A stretch of 64,000 nucleotides of DNA from Candidatus Obscuribacteraceae bacterium (GTDB lineage Bacteria > Cyanobacteriota > Vampirovibrionia > Obscuribacterales > Obscuribacteraceae): NCBI GenBank assembly GCA_044229845.1, contig JBGASG010000009.1, positions 32,001-96,000 on the forward strand. Reading direction: 5' to 3'. How positions within the stretch are numbered: the stretch's first letter is position 1; every line of letters begins with the position of its first letter. Positions 49,308 to 59,600 of this stretch are shown here, piece after piece. The notes below the pieces were generated by a model. It saw only the letters and a program-made list of their open reading frames with translations. It ran no database searches and was not told the DNA's origin. Made by a program: the position numbers and the translations under genes.

Positions 49308-50626
49308 TTCGCACGTTCCAACTGAATTCCATGTCGAAACAGGACCGGGATAAGGTCATGAAACGCGCACATGAGGATATCGACAGCGTCAAGCCGAAGG
49401 TCGAGCAGATTATTCAAGCCGTGCGCAGCGAAGGCGATGCGGCGCTGGTGCGTTTCACGAAAGAATGGGATGACCCTGAGTACACCGCAGACCGCCTGGT
49501 GGTGACCGAAGCCGATATTGACGAAGCCTATAAGAACACCAGCAAAGAAACGCTGGAACGCATCCGCGAACAAATCTCCCTGTCGAAGCGATTTCATGAA
49601 CTGCAGCGACAGCAAGTCCCGGAATGGGAAAACGAGATGGAGAATGGCATCGTTGTCGGCGAGAAGTGGACTCCACTGTCCGATGTCGGGCTGTATGTGC
49701 CTGGTGGAAAAAATCCGTTTCCGACTGTGCAGCAAATTCTGGCGGTGGCAGCCAAGGCTGCGGGCTGCCCGCGCATAGTTTCGTGCATCTCGCCGCGAGG
49801 CAAGGGCTATGAGGTGTTGATTGCGGCGCGGGAGTGCGGCGTCACGGAGATATATCGGGTTGGTGGAGCACAAGCGATTGCCGCTCTTGCCTATGGAACA
49901 GAGACTATCAAGCCGGTATTGCTGATTGCCGGACCGGGAAATCCGTTTGTCACCGCTGCCAAGATTCTTTGTCAGTCGAAGGTGTCCATCGATATGCCGG
50001 CTGGACCAAGTGAGGCGATTGTGCTCGCCGATGGCACCACGCCGGAAGGACTGGATTTGCCGACCAAGGCGACTTATTGTGCGGCCGACTTGCTGGCGCG
50101 TGCGGAGCACGGACCGGATTCCGCCGGTGTGCTGCTCACTGATTCCGCGGAGCTTGCCGAGCTGACCGAGAAGGAAATCGAGAAGCAGTACAAAACTCTG
50201 TCGAGGCAAGACTATATTAAGAAGGCACTGGAGACCTACAGCGCAATTATTGTGGTGCCCTCCATGAAGGAGGCGGTTGACTTCACCAACGAGTACGCGC
50301 CTGAACACCTCGAAATACTAACGGAGGATCCCGATGCCACATTGAAGGGCATTGAGAATGCCGGGTCGGCTTTCCTTGGCTATTACAATCCGGTTGCTAC
50401 CGGTGACTACGCTACCGGCATCAACCACGTGCTGCCGTCGTGCGGATGGGCGAGGCAGACATCTCCGGTTGGTGTGTGGACCTTCATGAAGCGTGTGCAA
50501 TACTCAACCGTCAGCAAGAGTGGACTGGACAGGCTGCGACCGATTGTTCAGACAATTGCCACCGTGGAAGGATTGGATGCGCACCGTCGCAGCGTTGAAG
50601 TGCGCTTTGAGAAACAGAATGTCTGA
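49304..50626 (+). CDS. hisD: Histidinol dehydrogenase, divergent
   Basis: GLYVPGG, GGAQAIAALAYG, GPGN, IDMPAGPSE, APEHL, GDY..G.NHVLP and EGL.AH motifs. Confidence 0.9.
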   Translation: MIRTFQLNSMSKQDRDKVMKRAHEDIDSVKPKVEQIIQAVRSEGDAALVRFTKEWDDPEYTADRLVVTEADIDEAYKNTSKETLERIREQISLSKRFHELQRQQVPEWENEMENGIVVGEKWTPLSDVGLYVPGGKNPFPTVQQILAVAAKAAGCPRIVSCISPRGKGYEVLIAARECGVTEIYRVGGAQAIAALAYGTETIKPVLLIAGPGNPFVTAAKILCQSKVSIDMPAGPSEAIVLADGTTPEGLDLPTKATYCAADLLARAEHGPDSAGVLLTDSAELAELTEKEIEKQYKTLSRQDYIKKALETYSAIIVVPSMKEAVDFTNEYAPEHLEILTEDPDATLKGIENAGSAFLGYYNPVATGDYATGINHVLPSCGWARQTSPVGVWTFMKRVQYSTVSKSGLDRLRPIVQTIATVEGLDAHRRSVEVRFEKQNV

Positions 50627-51923
50627 GACTGATGTGGATGATGCGGCTCAGCTGCGTTTGATCGATATTCAGAAACTGCAGTTTGCCGATCGTGTCGGCG
50701 CGGAGCAGGCTTTGCTGGCATTCTTGAAAAAGAGTGAGGATGCCGCAATCACTAGGGTTGAGTTGCGTCCAAAACCGGAATCGCTCAATTCGATCAATGG
50801 CTTTGTCACCTTCGGCGAGAGCGAGCGTTATTTCTTCAAGATGCACGTCGAGGAAAACGAGCGTCTCAGTGAATATTACAACGCAAAGACGCTGGCTGAT
50901 GCCGGGTATCCCGTGGTGACGGCGAAGCAAATCTCGCATCGCCCTGGCAAGCAACTTGTGCTTTACGAGATCATTGAGTTCGCTACTTTGTTTGATGTGG
51001 CGAAGGAGGCGGAGGACGAGTTGCTGCAGGCGCGTGACGTGTCGAACTTTGATGCCATCGTTGCCGCACAAAATCAGTTGGACGCGATTACAAGCTCGAT
51101 ATACGCAAAGACTCTCGCGCAGACTCCGGAAACCGAAGATCTGCCCGCGCCGATTCATCAATTGTTTTCACATCGTCTGGCAGAAGATGGACGGCTGCGA
51201 TTGTTTTATCGTGGTAAGACCATGAAGACAGAATCTGGCACCCCGATCGCTTTTGATGAACTGGCAAACATGCATTGGGTGATCAATGGGGTTCGCCACG
51301 GAGAGACTTTGAACGAGATCATCGAGCGGGCGCAAATTCAGCTGGCACCATCGGCGGGACCATCGGTGATCGGACACGGCGATGCACACAATGGAAATGT
51401 ATTCTTCGATCCCGTCGAAAATAGTTTGTTGATGTTTGATCCAGCGTTCGCAGGCCGACATCACCCGCTGTTGGATCTCACCAAACCGCTCTTCCATAAC
51501 GTCTTCGCTCGCTGGATGTATTACCCGTCCGAGGTTGACAAAGAATTTAGCCTCGCTATGGTGATGGACAAGGGTGTAATCGAGATTACTCACAATTTCG
51601 AGATCTCAGGACTGCGCAAGGCATTCCTGGAATCAAAGCTGAAATACGTCCTGCGTCCGACGCTCAAGCTGCTGCACGAGCAGGGGATGCTGCGCGGCGA
51701 CTGGCAAACTTATTTGAGATCATCGCTGTTTTGCTGTCCGTTTTTGACGGTCAACCATTTCGCTCCTTATAAGGCTGACGGAACTCTGTCCGAGCGCTAC
51801 TCCTTCTGGGTGCGCATGCTCGGGTTGTCCATGTCGGTGGAGTTGGGTTCGGGATACCGTGAGGGTAGCAACGGCATGACCGACCTGCTTGACCGTATCC
51901 TCGATTTTCCGTTTGCTGGATAA
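50619..51923 (+). CDS. APH/choline-kinase-fold phosphotransferase-like protein
   Basis: YFFKMH lysine, Brenner-type HGDAHNGN and MFDP motifs; ATG overlaps the end of hisD by 8 nt. Confidence 0.75.
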   Translation: MSETDVDDAAQLRLIDIQKLQFADRVGAEQALLAFLKKSEDAAITRVELRPKPESLNSINGFVTFGESERYFFKMHVEENERLSEYYNAKTLADAGYPVVTAKQISHRPGKQLVLYEIIEFATLFDVAKEAEDELLQARDVSNFDAIVAAQNQLDAITSSIYAKTLAQTPETEDLPAPIHQLFSHRLAEDGRLRLFYRGKTMKTESGTPIAFDELANMHWVINGVRHGETLNEIIERAQIQLAPSAGPSVIGHGDAHNGNVFFDPVENSLLMFDPAFAGRHHPLLDLTKPLFHNVFARWMYYPSEVDKEFSLAMVMDKGVIEITHNFEISGLRKAFLESKLKYVLRPTLKLLHEQGMLRGDWQTYLRSSLFCCPFLTVNHFAPYKADGTLSERYSFWVRMLGLSMSVELGSGYREGSNGMTDLLDRILDFPFAG

Positions 51924-52012
51924 GGTTTGTCCCTGCATGTCTGGACAACCGGCAGTCGCTGGTCGAAAATGTGCGTCTGACGCATTAGGCGTTGTCAAGC
52001 TTTGATTGCCAA

Positions 52013-53290
52013 ATGGAACATCGCCCAACCCTAAATCTGCTATTGCTCGATGTGGACGGAGTCCTTGTGGAACCGCTCGCTTATCGCCAGTGCATCGTCA
52101 AGACGCTGGAGATTTTAGGCAGGCAAGTGGGGCTCCGCAATCTCGAAGATGTGATGCCGACGGAATCCGACATCGCGCATATGGAAGCCTGTGGCATTCA
52201 TGATGTCTGGGATATGACCAATATCCTGTTCAGCGCGATTTTGGAGCGGATCACATTCCATCTGACCGGCACTGAGGCTCACGAGAAGAGCTTGAGCGAC
52301 CGCCTGGAGGGACTGGAGACTATCAACCAGCGCCTGACTGTTTTTCAAAAAACGCCGCTGGTTATCCAGAAACCCGGCTACACAGAAATAGCCACCGAGT
52401 TAATGAAGCGATTGCCGGCACACCCGCCTGATATCGCGTTGCAGATGGTCGAGGCGCAGATTCGCAAACAGTTTGCTGCCAGAGCCTTGATTTATTCCCT
52501 GTTGGAAATTCACAAAGCTTTCCTGATGGGAACGCGTTCTGTGTATGAGAGCTATGGCACAGGGCTTTTTCAAAACATTCTCCTTGGCAAGGATGAGTTT
52601 GAGAAGACCTACAATCTGCACAGCGAGTACAACGAGGAGCCACTGCTTCGCGTTGCTGACAAAGCGCTGATTTCTCAGCAGTCGGTTGCCATGCTGCAAC
52701 TTTTGAATGAACGCCCTGATTGCCGCGCGGCGATCTATACGGCACGTCCGAGTTTGCCCCCACCGTCGGAAGAAGCGACCGAAGGCTTCTCTCCGGAAGC
52801 GGAGATTGCGCTGGATCTGTGTGGTATGAAGGGCTTTCCCCTGGTGGGGATGGGCATGATGCAATGGCTTGCTGCCAGAACTAATTGCCGGACGGAAGAC
52901 CTGACGAAACCAAATACCACGCAAGCGCTGGCGGCATTGGCGGCGGCGATCTATCAGCAAAACGATATCGATTTATTGGAGGCGGCGTACAGAGTCGACC
53001 GCGAGGGCGAAAATCCGCACGAGCACCTGCTTGCGAATCTGGCTGAGACACCGATTCGGATCTATGTATTCGAGGACACAGTGTCAGGGATCAATCCGAT
53101 GCTGAAGGTTGCCCAGAAACTGCAGGGCGATGGATTTTCTGTGAGTGTTACCCCGATGGGTATCGCACAGCAGAAGAGCAAGCACCAGGCACTATCCATG
53201 GTGACCAAGCATGTGTTTGGCAATGTGGATTTTGCATTGCGGTTTGCCTCTCACGATATGAATACTGCAGCGAGCAGCGGGGCTCTCTAG
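52013..53290 (+). CDS. HAD-superfamily hydrolase with a large cap insertion
   Basis: LLDVDGVL (motif I), YTARP (II), KP (III) and FEDTVSGI (IV). Confidence 0.8.
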   Translation: MEHRPTLNLLLLDVDGVLVEPLAYRQCIVKTLEILGRQVGLRNLEDVMPTESDIAHMEACGIHDVWDMTNILFSAILERITFHLTGTEAHEKSLSDRLEGLETINQRLTVFQKTPLVIQKPGYTEIATELMKRLPAHPPDIALQMVEAQIRKQFAARALIYSLLEIHKAFLMGTRSVYESYGTGLFQNILLGKDEFEKTYNLHSEYNEEPLLRVADKALISQQSVAMLQLLNERPDCRAAIYTARPSLPPPSEEATEGFSPEAEIALDLCGMKGFPLVGMGMMQWLAARTNCRTEDLTKPNTTQALAALAAAIYQQNDIDLLEAAYRVDREGENPHEHLLANLAETPIRIYVFEDTVSGINPMLKVAQKLQGDGFSVSVTPMGIAQQKSKHQALSMVTKHVFGNVDFALRFASHDMNTAASSGAL

Positions 53291-54027
53291 GATAGGGACT
53301 GCCCGGTTTTGGGCTTGGGCTTAGGCATTTCGTCCCAAGTGCGACCTTCGAGCAGTCGACCGGCGGCTTTCTTATTGCGACCGCCCCACTGTTTGAAGAA
53401 GAAAGCGACGTTTTGTTCTTTGCACTGATCGCGAATGGTGGTTACCCAATCCTTATCTATGGGGCGGGAACGATGGCCGGATTCGCCACCGACAATCACC
53501 CAGTCGATGCCGGTGAGATCGAGGTTGTCTCCGAGCGGACCAATTAATGGCTCGATGGAGAGAAACTTGGTGTGAGCCCGCGTACGTCGCAAATGATCGA
53601 TGCGGTATTTGTAGTCGGCGTTTTCTACGCTTACCCCCTGCCAGATATGGGGGCACCAGGGCAGGATGGGATCAATCTCTTCGAGACGTTCCGCGCGTTT
53701 CGTGAGGATTTGGAACGTGTGCCATTTTGCTTGCTTCATCACCTGGAAGATTTTCAGAATAAATTCTTGCGGCACATCCTTGTGGTAGAGGTCGCTCATC
53801 GAGTTCACGAAGATGCGCTTGGGCTTCCGCCAGGAAAGTGGTAGCTCCAGGCGATTGGGCCACATTTTTAGATCGAATCCTTGTTCATAAGGATGGTCTG
53901 GAACTCCACGAAAGCGTTCCGCGAAAGTCTCCGCATAGCAGTTTGCGCAACCCGGACTGATCTTGTGGCACCCGGTGATTGGGTTCCACGTGGCGTCGGT
54001 CCATTCAATGCTGGAGTTATCACTCAT
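53287..54027 (-). CDS. DUF5131 (phage Gp37/Gp68) family protein
   Basis: [50 protein letters not shown] and FFFKQWGG motifs. Confidence 0.92.
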   Translation of the reverse strand: MSDNSSIEWTDATWNPITGCHKISPGCANCYAETFAERFRGVPDHPYEQGFDLKMWPNRLELPLSWRKPKRIFVNSMSDLYHKDVPQEFILKIFQVMKQAKWHTFQILTKRAERLEEIDPILPWCPHIWQGVSVENADYKYRIDHLRRTRAHTKFLSIEPLIGPLGDNLDLTGIDWVIVGGESGHRSRPIDKDWVTTIRDQCKEQNVAFFFKQWGGRNKKAAGRLLEGRTWDEMPKPKPKTGQSLS

Positions 54028-54163
54028 GCCCGATGTTCTCCTCGGAATACTTTAGCGTGCTAGAGGCAAGGTTGCCAGGGAATGTGTTAAAACTCGAGCA
54101 TACTCACGTGTACACGCTCGCATTTTTCTCGCTGGTGCCTCGCGCCGTGCGCCCTGATGAGTC

Positions 54164-54189
54164 GAAAGAAATTCCGCGAAAATTCTTGC
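54164..54189. repeat. 26-bp palindrome, copy 3
   Basis: GAAAGAAATTC-CGCG-AAAATTCTTGC, 8/11 paired. Confidence 0.75.
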
Positions 54190-54419
54190 CAGGCACCGCG
54201 GGCGGTACGAAGGTTCTCAAGATTTCCAGTGAGCCTGGGCCCATAGTGCCCTAGCTCATCGAGGCGTTTCAGCGGAATTCTCCGTGCAAAAAATCACGCA
54301 ATCTCTTGCGGAGGTAAAGTCCTCGTGCATTTTTTCTTTGGCTTGCGATTGAACTTTTTGCCACCATCCGACGTTTAAAAAGAAGTACTTCACCCCACTC
54401 CGAAATGGAGGATTTGCAT

Positions 54420-55019
54420 ATGGCAATTAAACAAATCAGGGAGCATTTCAAAAACCTTGGTCCGCTAGAGATATTTTGCACGCGGGATTTGCTGCAATAC
54501 GGAAAGCGTACGGCAGTTGATACCGCCACCTTCAGACTAGTGAAGCAAAAGGAGATAAAGAGACTCGCTAGTGGAGTGTTTATAAAATACAACGATTCTG
54601 GACTACGCCCGTCGGATGAGGAGATCGCGATGGCAAAAGCGAAAGCATTTGATCGTCAGATAGTGGAGATTAGCCGAGCTCTAGCATTGGAGCTGGGAGT
54701 ACCTATCAATGAAAATGCTGATGCGTATTTTGCTACGAATGGGCGGACAACGCAGTTCATGATTGAAAAAAAAAGACTCGTTCAATTCGTTGGGGTCGCA
54801 CCAAGAAAGGTGGAACTCGGAAGAACCAGAGTTGGAACGGAATTGAGGACGTTCTGGAAGATTGGGAAACGCTCTCTCCCCTCCGTAAGAGTTCGGCTCC
54901 TCGCAAATAACTGGTCTTGGCGCGATGCGAACGAATGCGCGGGGAGGATCAGGCAATTGCCTCAGTGGCTCTCTGAGATGCTGGGTCTTCCTCGCGCCGC
55001 GCTGCACGGCGCGGCGTAG
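54420..55019 (+). CDS. DUF6088-like (AbiEi-like wHTH) protein
   Basis: GGAGG RBS; IF..RDLL..G.R.AVD....RLV....I.RLA.GVF and C-terminal LPQWL motifs; visibly more AT-rich than its flanks. Confidence 0.8.
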   Translation: MAIKQIREHFKNLGPLEIFCTRDLLQYGKRTAVDTATFRLVKQKEIKRLASGVFIKYNDSGLRPSDEEIAMAKAKAFDRQIVEISRALALELGVPINENADAYFATNGRTTQFMIEKKRLVQFVGVAPRKVELGRTRVGTELRTFWKIGKRSLPSVRVRLLANNWSWRDANECAGRIRQLPQWLSEMLGLPRAALHGAA

Positions 55020-55065
55020 TCACGCGCCGCCCGCCCGCCGGCGCGCTCTGGCTCATAGCGTGACC

Positions 55066-55091
55066 GCAAGAATTTTCTCGAAAATTCTTGC
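55066..55091. repeat. 26-bp palindrome, copy 4
   Basis: GCAAGAATTTT-CTCG-AAAATTCTTGC, perfect 11-bp arms. Confidence 0.85.
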
Positions 55092-55111
55092 CGCGCCAGC
55101 GGGATGAGAAA

Positions 55112-55786
55112 TCAGGCAGCAGGCAAAACAATGGCAAAAGTAAGCCCGTCGTAGCCCTTGCATCCAACTGTCTGAATTGCGGTGGCACTAACGCGTGATT
55201 CGGCACCGACTCTCTCATGAAACAACCGCATTCCCCTGACGTTGGGATCCTCGCTGGCACCATCTATGATGGCGCCCTGGCGAATCACGTTGTCGGCCAC
55301 GATTAAAGTCCCCGGTCGTGACAACTTCAGCGCCCAATCAAAGTACTCAGGGTAAGCAGGCTTGTCCGCATCAATGAAGATCATATCGAAGGGACCGATG
55401 TTATCTTGAGCGAGCTGAGGCAGGCTGTCCAGCGCCCTACCAACTCGCACTTCGACTGCCTTAGCCAGACCGGCGCGCTCGATGTTTGTGCGCGCCACTT
55501 CAGCGTGTTTCGGTTCATACTCAAGGGTAATCAACTTCCCATCGGCCGACAAACCGCGGGCTAACCAGATGGTGCTGTACCCACCCAAGGTGCCGATTTC
55601 TAGGATGCGCCGAGCGTTCATCGCCCGCGCCAGGATCATCAGCAGCTTGCCTTGATTAGGGGCAACTTGAATGGCGGGCAACCCAGACTCTGTACTCAGT
55701 TGTAGCGCCGCATCCAGAATCACATCTGGGGGCATCATCAGATCGCTGATGTATGTGTCGACTGCGGACCATTGTTCCTGGGTCAT
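55112..55786 (-). CDS. SAM-dependent O-methyltransferase (caffeoyl-CoA/catechol type)
   Basis: ILEIGTLGGYSTIWLA, FIDADK, DNV and KGYDG motifs. Confidence 0.93.
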   Translation of the reverse strand: MTQEQWSAVDTYISDLMMPPDVILDAALQLSTESGLPAIQVAPNQGKLLMILARAMNARRILEIGTLGGYSTIWLARGLSADGKLITLEYEPKHAEVARTNIERAGLAKAVEVRVGRALDSLPQLAQDNIGPFDMIFIDADKPAYPEYFDWALKLSRPGTLIVADNVIRQGAIIDGASEDPNVRGMRLFHERVGAESRVSATAIQTVGCKGYDGLTFAIVLPAA

Positions 55787-55838
55787 CTGTTCGTTTCCTT
55801 CCTGTATCCAGTGCGCCGTGATTCAGCATGCCGGGCGG

Positions 55839-56609
55839 TTATTTCATCTCAACCTCGACGATCCCTCGCTGCTCCTGCTCCGCTTTTGTTGCCTTCTCGA
55901 GAAATGCCCATTTTGTTGCCGACAGCCTGTGATTTGGGTTGAACGTGTACCAGACATAACATGGGAACGGTGTACCCCCCAGTGTGATGTTCCAAGCTTC
56001 CATGCGACAGTTGACCGCGCGGTATGCCACCCATCGCCAGTAGCTTCTGTCCTTGTTCTTTGTTGTTGCATAAACAAGCTCTTGATGCAGAAGTACGGGA
56101 GTTGTGCCACCACCGCGAAGGCGCACCAGATCCTCGATTGTATTTTTCTTCTCGTCGCTATTGAAGTATCCCGCTAATCTGAATCCACGCGGAGTTCCGT
56201 TCTTGTCGAAAAGCAGAATTGTCACTTCCCTCGGTGGCGCAATGCCGCATGCTGCGGTGTTGGTAATCAGCAACAAGTCCGGATGACCATTTCTGTCCAG
56301 ATCCGCCTGGTAGAGCGTGCCGCCGAAACCAATGGGATCCCGTTCAAAAGACCACGGCTTACCAGATTTACTCGTTCCTTTTAGCGAGAAAACATCGCCT
56401 TGATTGGACAATTTGACGTTTCCTAACTGAAGAGTTTGAGCCGGCTTGACCTCCGCCAGCTGCTTCAGAGAAATCGGTTTCATTTTGCCTAGAACACCCG
56501 CTGGCAGGTAGTCTTCGATGTATGCGAGGACCGGAGTGCACATTCCAATGACCAGCAATATTGCTAGAGTCGGCGGCAGTAGTAGCGACCGTGATTTCAT
56601 GGGACTCAT
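55839..56609 (-). CDS. Secreted hypothetical protein (start 56609 or 56600)
   Basis: Signal peptide ending VLA; single DLDRNGHPDL FG-GAP/EF-like motif. Confidence 0.65.
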   Translation of the reverse strand: MSPMKSRSLLLPPTLAILLVIGMCTPVLAYIEDYLPAGVLGKMKPISLKQLAEVKPAQTLQLGNVKLSNQGDVFSLKGTSKSGKPWSFERDPIGFGGTLYQADLDRNGHPDLLLITNTAACGIAPPREVTILLFDKNGTPRGFRLAGYFNSDEKKNTIEDLVRLRGGGTTPVLLHQELVYATTKNKDRSYWRWVAYRAVNCRMEAWNITLGGTPFPCYVWYTFNPNHRLSATKWAFLEKATKAEQEQRGIVEVEMK

Positions 56610-56663
56610 TGTCTCATGAGCTGAGTCTCTATGGTATAAAGAGACAGTTCGGCAGGAAGCACC

Positions 56664-59600
56664 TTGAATCCGCTCAACGTAATTGCCACACTTCGCAAGT
56701 TTGGAAACTTCCTGGTTGGGTTGTTCCCCTTTCTGGCAGTTGTCGGTGCGAAACTCTCCAAGTTGACTGGAACAGTCTGGCTCGAGAAGGTGATCGCCTG
56801 GCTGAAAGCGCACAAACGCCTTGCTCCCGTCGGCAATGCCATCGAACGTTTCTTCTGGAAAGACTACGCTCGTGATCGGCTGGTGGCGGACACTTTTCCG
56901 GCCGGCACACTAACACTGCTGCGCGTGTCTTCGCTTGTCACCCTGGCGCTGACTCTTTGCACGCCGCTGGCATTTGTTTTGACGAAAGCAGCTGTGCCGG
57001 TGGAACTTAATTCCGGTACCATCAGCAGTGCACCGCTCTGGGTCGTTTACCTCTGGATCATCGGTGCGTCCCTCGGTTGGGGCGCTATCCTGGCTGGCGC
57101 CGCCCAGTGTCATCGCGTCATTTTCGCGGTGCTGGCAGTCGCCTGCGTCTGGTTTGTCGGCTCTTGCGCACTATTTTCGCCGCGGTCTTACTTCAACTGG
57201 TTGTTGCCTGCAGCTATCTACCTGGCGATTCACTACAGTGGCTACAAATCGGTGCGCGCCGAAGGAGCTCGCAATTTTCCGGCGGTGCTGAGTGCGCTGG
57301 TCGCCGGCAGTGCTGCCGGAATGTTCCTTGTCGTACTGTGTCCGCTCGGTGCCCTGGCCAAACCTTACGGACTTCAGTGGGGCGCAGCCGTCGGCAGCGT
57401 ACTTGGTTTGATTGCTTTGCTGACTGCCAATCAAAAGGAGGAGCCAGCCGCTGCAATTGAGAGTGAAGAACTTGCTGCGCCGGTTGTCACCATGACGTTC
57501 ACACTGATGCCTTTGATTCTCGCGTTTAGCTTTAGCGTTGTGATTCGTGGTGGCGTCAGTCCATTTGCAGGGCAGATGATCGCCTCTCTACAGCAGTGGA
57601 ATGGATTCTTATGGCCGCTCTGGTATTTCGTCGGCGTCGGGATCGTTTACAAGTTGCTGAAGAACGCCAAGATCATGACTTATACGGTGCGCGACCTTTT
57701 GTCGGCCCGCATATTCAATCCGCTGGCGGTTTTGATCATTATCGTGGCCGCGCTGGTTGTCTGCAGCGGCGAACTGCGTGGTGAACTGAGTAGGGTTGAT
57801 GCGTTGTTGCCTGTGGCTGTTTTCTTCAATAATGTGCATCACGCCAATGGCTGGTTCTGGAGTCAGCAGTTGAATCAGCTGGCGGCGCCGTGGATGTCTT
57901 ATATCCTGCTGTTTGACCTGACAGCAATCTTGTGGATGGCGATCAGAAAGCAGCTGAACGAAGAGCGGCTGGTGACCATGCTCTACTTCACGACTCTTTG
58001 CTGGCTGCTCATCTACGAATACCAATTCCAGTTTTCGTCATTTGCCCAGAGTCCCGGTCATAACGTGATGGTGGTCGTCACCTTTGCTGTCTGGCTCTTG
58101 TGGCTGTTTCATACATCGGTGTTTGCCATGTGCTCGCAGTCCACGCGCAGCTGGCCAAAGGGCGGCCGAATAGGACTATATTGCGGATTGATCAGCCTGT
58201 GTCTGTTGATGATCGCGGCTCGTACCGTCGTCAAAGACTTCAAAGTGACCAACGAAATTTTTCTTGTCATGTTCAGAGGCATCATTGATATCGGGTTGCC
58301 GTACTTTCTTTATGTACTTTCGGTTAGACGGTTTGAGCGGCTTCCGATCAGGGTTTTGCGGGTGTTCCAGTGCTTCTGCGCCGGGGCGCTTGTTACTTTT
58401 CCCTTCAATCTGCTGGACAAACTAGCACTCTCTGATTGGTCACTCTATCGGTTTTTCGAATTGCTCAAACATGAAGTCGCCAATCTGAGCACGCACGGCT
58501 ACCTGGAGGGGTTCACAGTCATTTTGCCCGGGGCATGGGTCTTGATCCGCTCGCTTCTATACTCAGCACTTCTGGTGGCACTCTTCCTGGTTGGACGAAA
58601 ACGTCTCGTCAAGGACGATGCGCAATTTCCAGCCGCTATCATTTTTGCTTTGCTATCGTTTGCCAGCGGATTTGGATCATTCTGCAAGACCAATGTTGAT
58701 CTGCCTTTGCCACCACTGCTGACAGCACTGGTCATGCCGTTCAACGTCTCTTATTCAATCGACTGGAACTGGATCTTCTCGTACCTGGCAGTACTGTTGC
58801 CCTGTTTGTTCTTTGCGTTGCTGACCACCGCCGGCAAGGCTCTGTCAAATGTGAAACTGGTTGGCGTGGGGCTGATGACTTCCGTCATTACCTTCTGCTT
58901 TTGGACGGCTTATCCTCGATATGAAAGCTACCTGCAATCGACAAACTTGATGAACACGTTGCTTGCCGCATGCAGCATGTTGTTTCTCTACATGATCTTC
59001 CACATCGTCTGGAAACTAGAGAGTACTGCGGACATTCTGAAAAAAAGCAAACCGGAGACGACTGAGTCGGTGCTTCTCGAAGAGGAAGATTCGATGGATT
59101 CAGAGCTGCAGTTTGTAACCATGGGAGAAGAGGAGGAAACACCAGCGCCTGACGCTGACGGCACTGCAGCACCGGAAGTTAAACCACTAGTCGGTGTACG
59201 CGGACTGACGGCTTTGACGGCCGCTGCGTGCATTTGTTTTATCGCCTTTGGATTCTATAGAGGAAACGCCAAGCGTCTGATTCCGCAATCTGTGCCACCA
59301 CTGAATGCCACCATGAAGCTGCCCGCGGATTGGCAGCCCGGGAAATCTGGCGGAGGACCGTCCGCTATATTTATCTCACCGGGACAAGGACTGAATTCAA
59401 CTCTGGAGATCGGTACGCTTCCTTCTAATCCTGAGGGTGTGGAAGCTCTGGCCATCGCCTTGGCGAAGACCTGCGAGAGCAAACAGGTGCTGCCGAAGTT
59501 CGCCACGCAAAACATATTGCGCTGGCGCGAGATTCCGGGTAAGCCAGCCGCAATATACTTTCGGTTTACGATTAAAGTCGGCGAGATCGAGATGCCTCGC

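Noticed and set aside
53287..54027. DUF5131 'phage Gp37/Gp68' gene as evidence of a prophage
   Set aside because: No structural, integrase or replication phage genes are nearby; this family often occurs outside prophages.
54120..54175. CTGATGAGTCGAAA resembles a hammerhead ribozyme core
   Set aside because: Only GTC lies between CTGATGA and GAAA, so stem II cannot form, and stem I pairing is poor. The GAAA belongs to the 26-bp palindrome.
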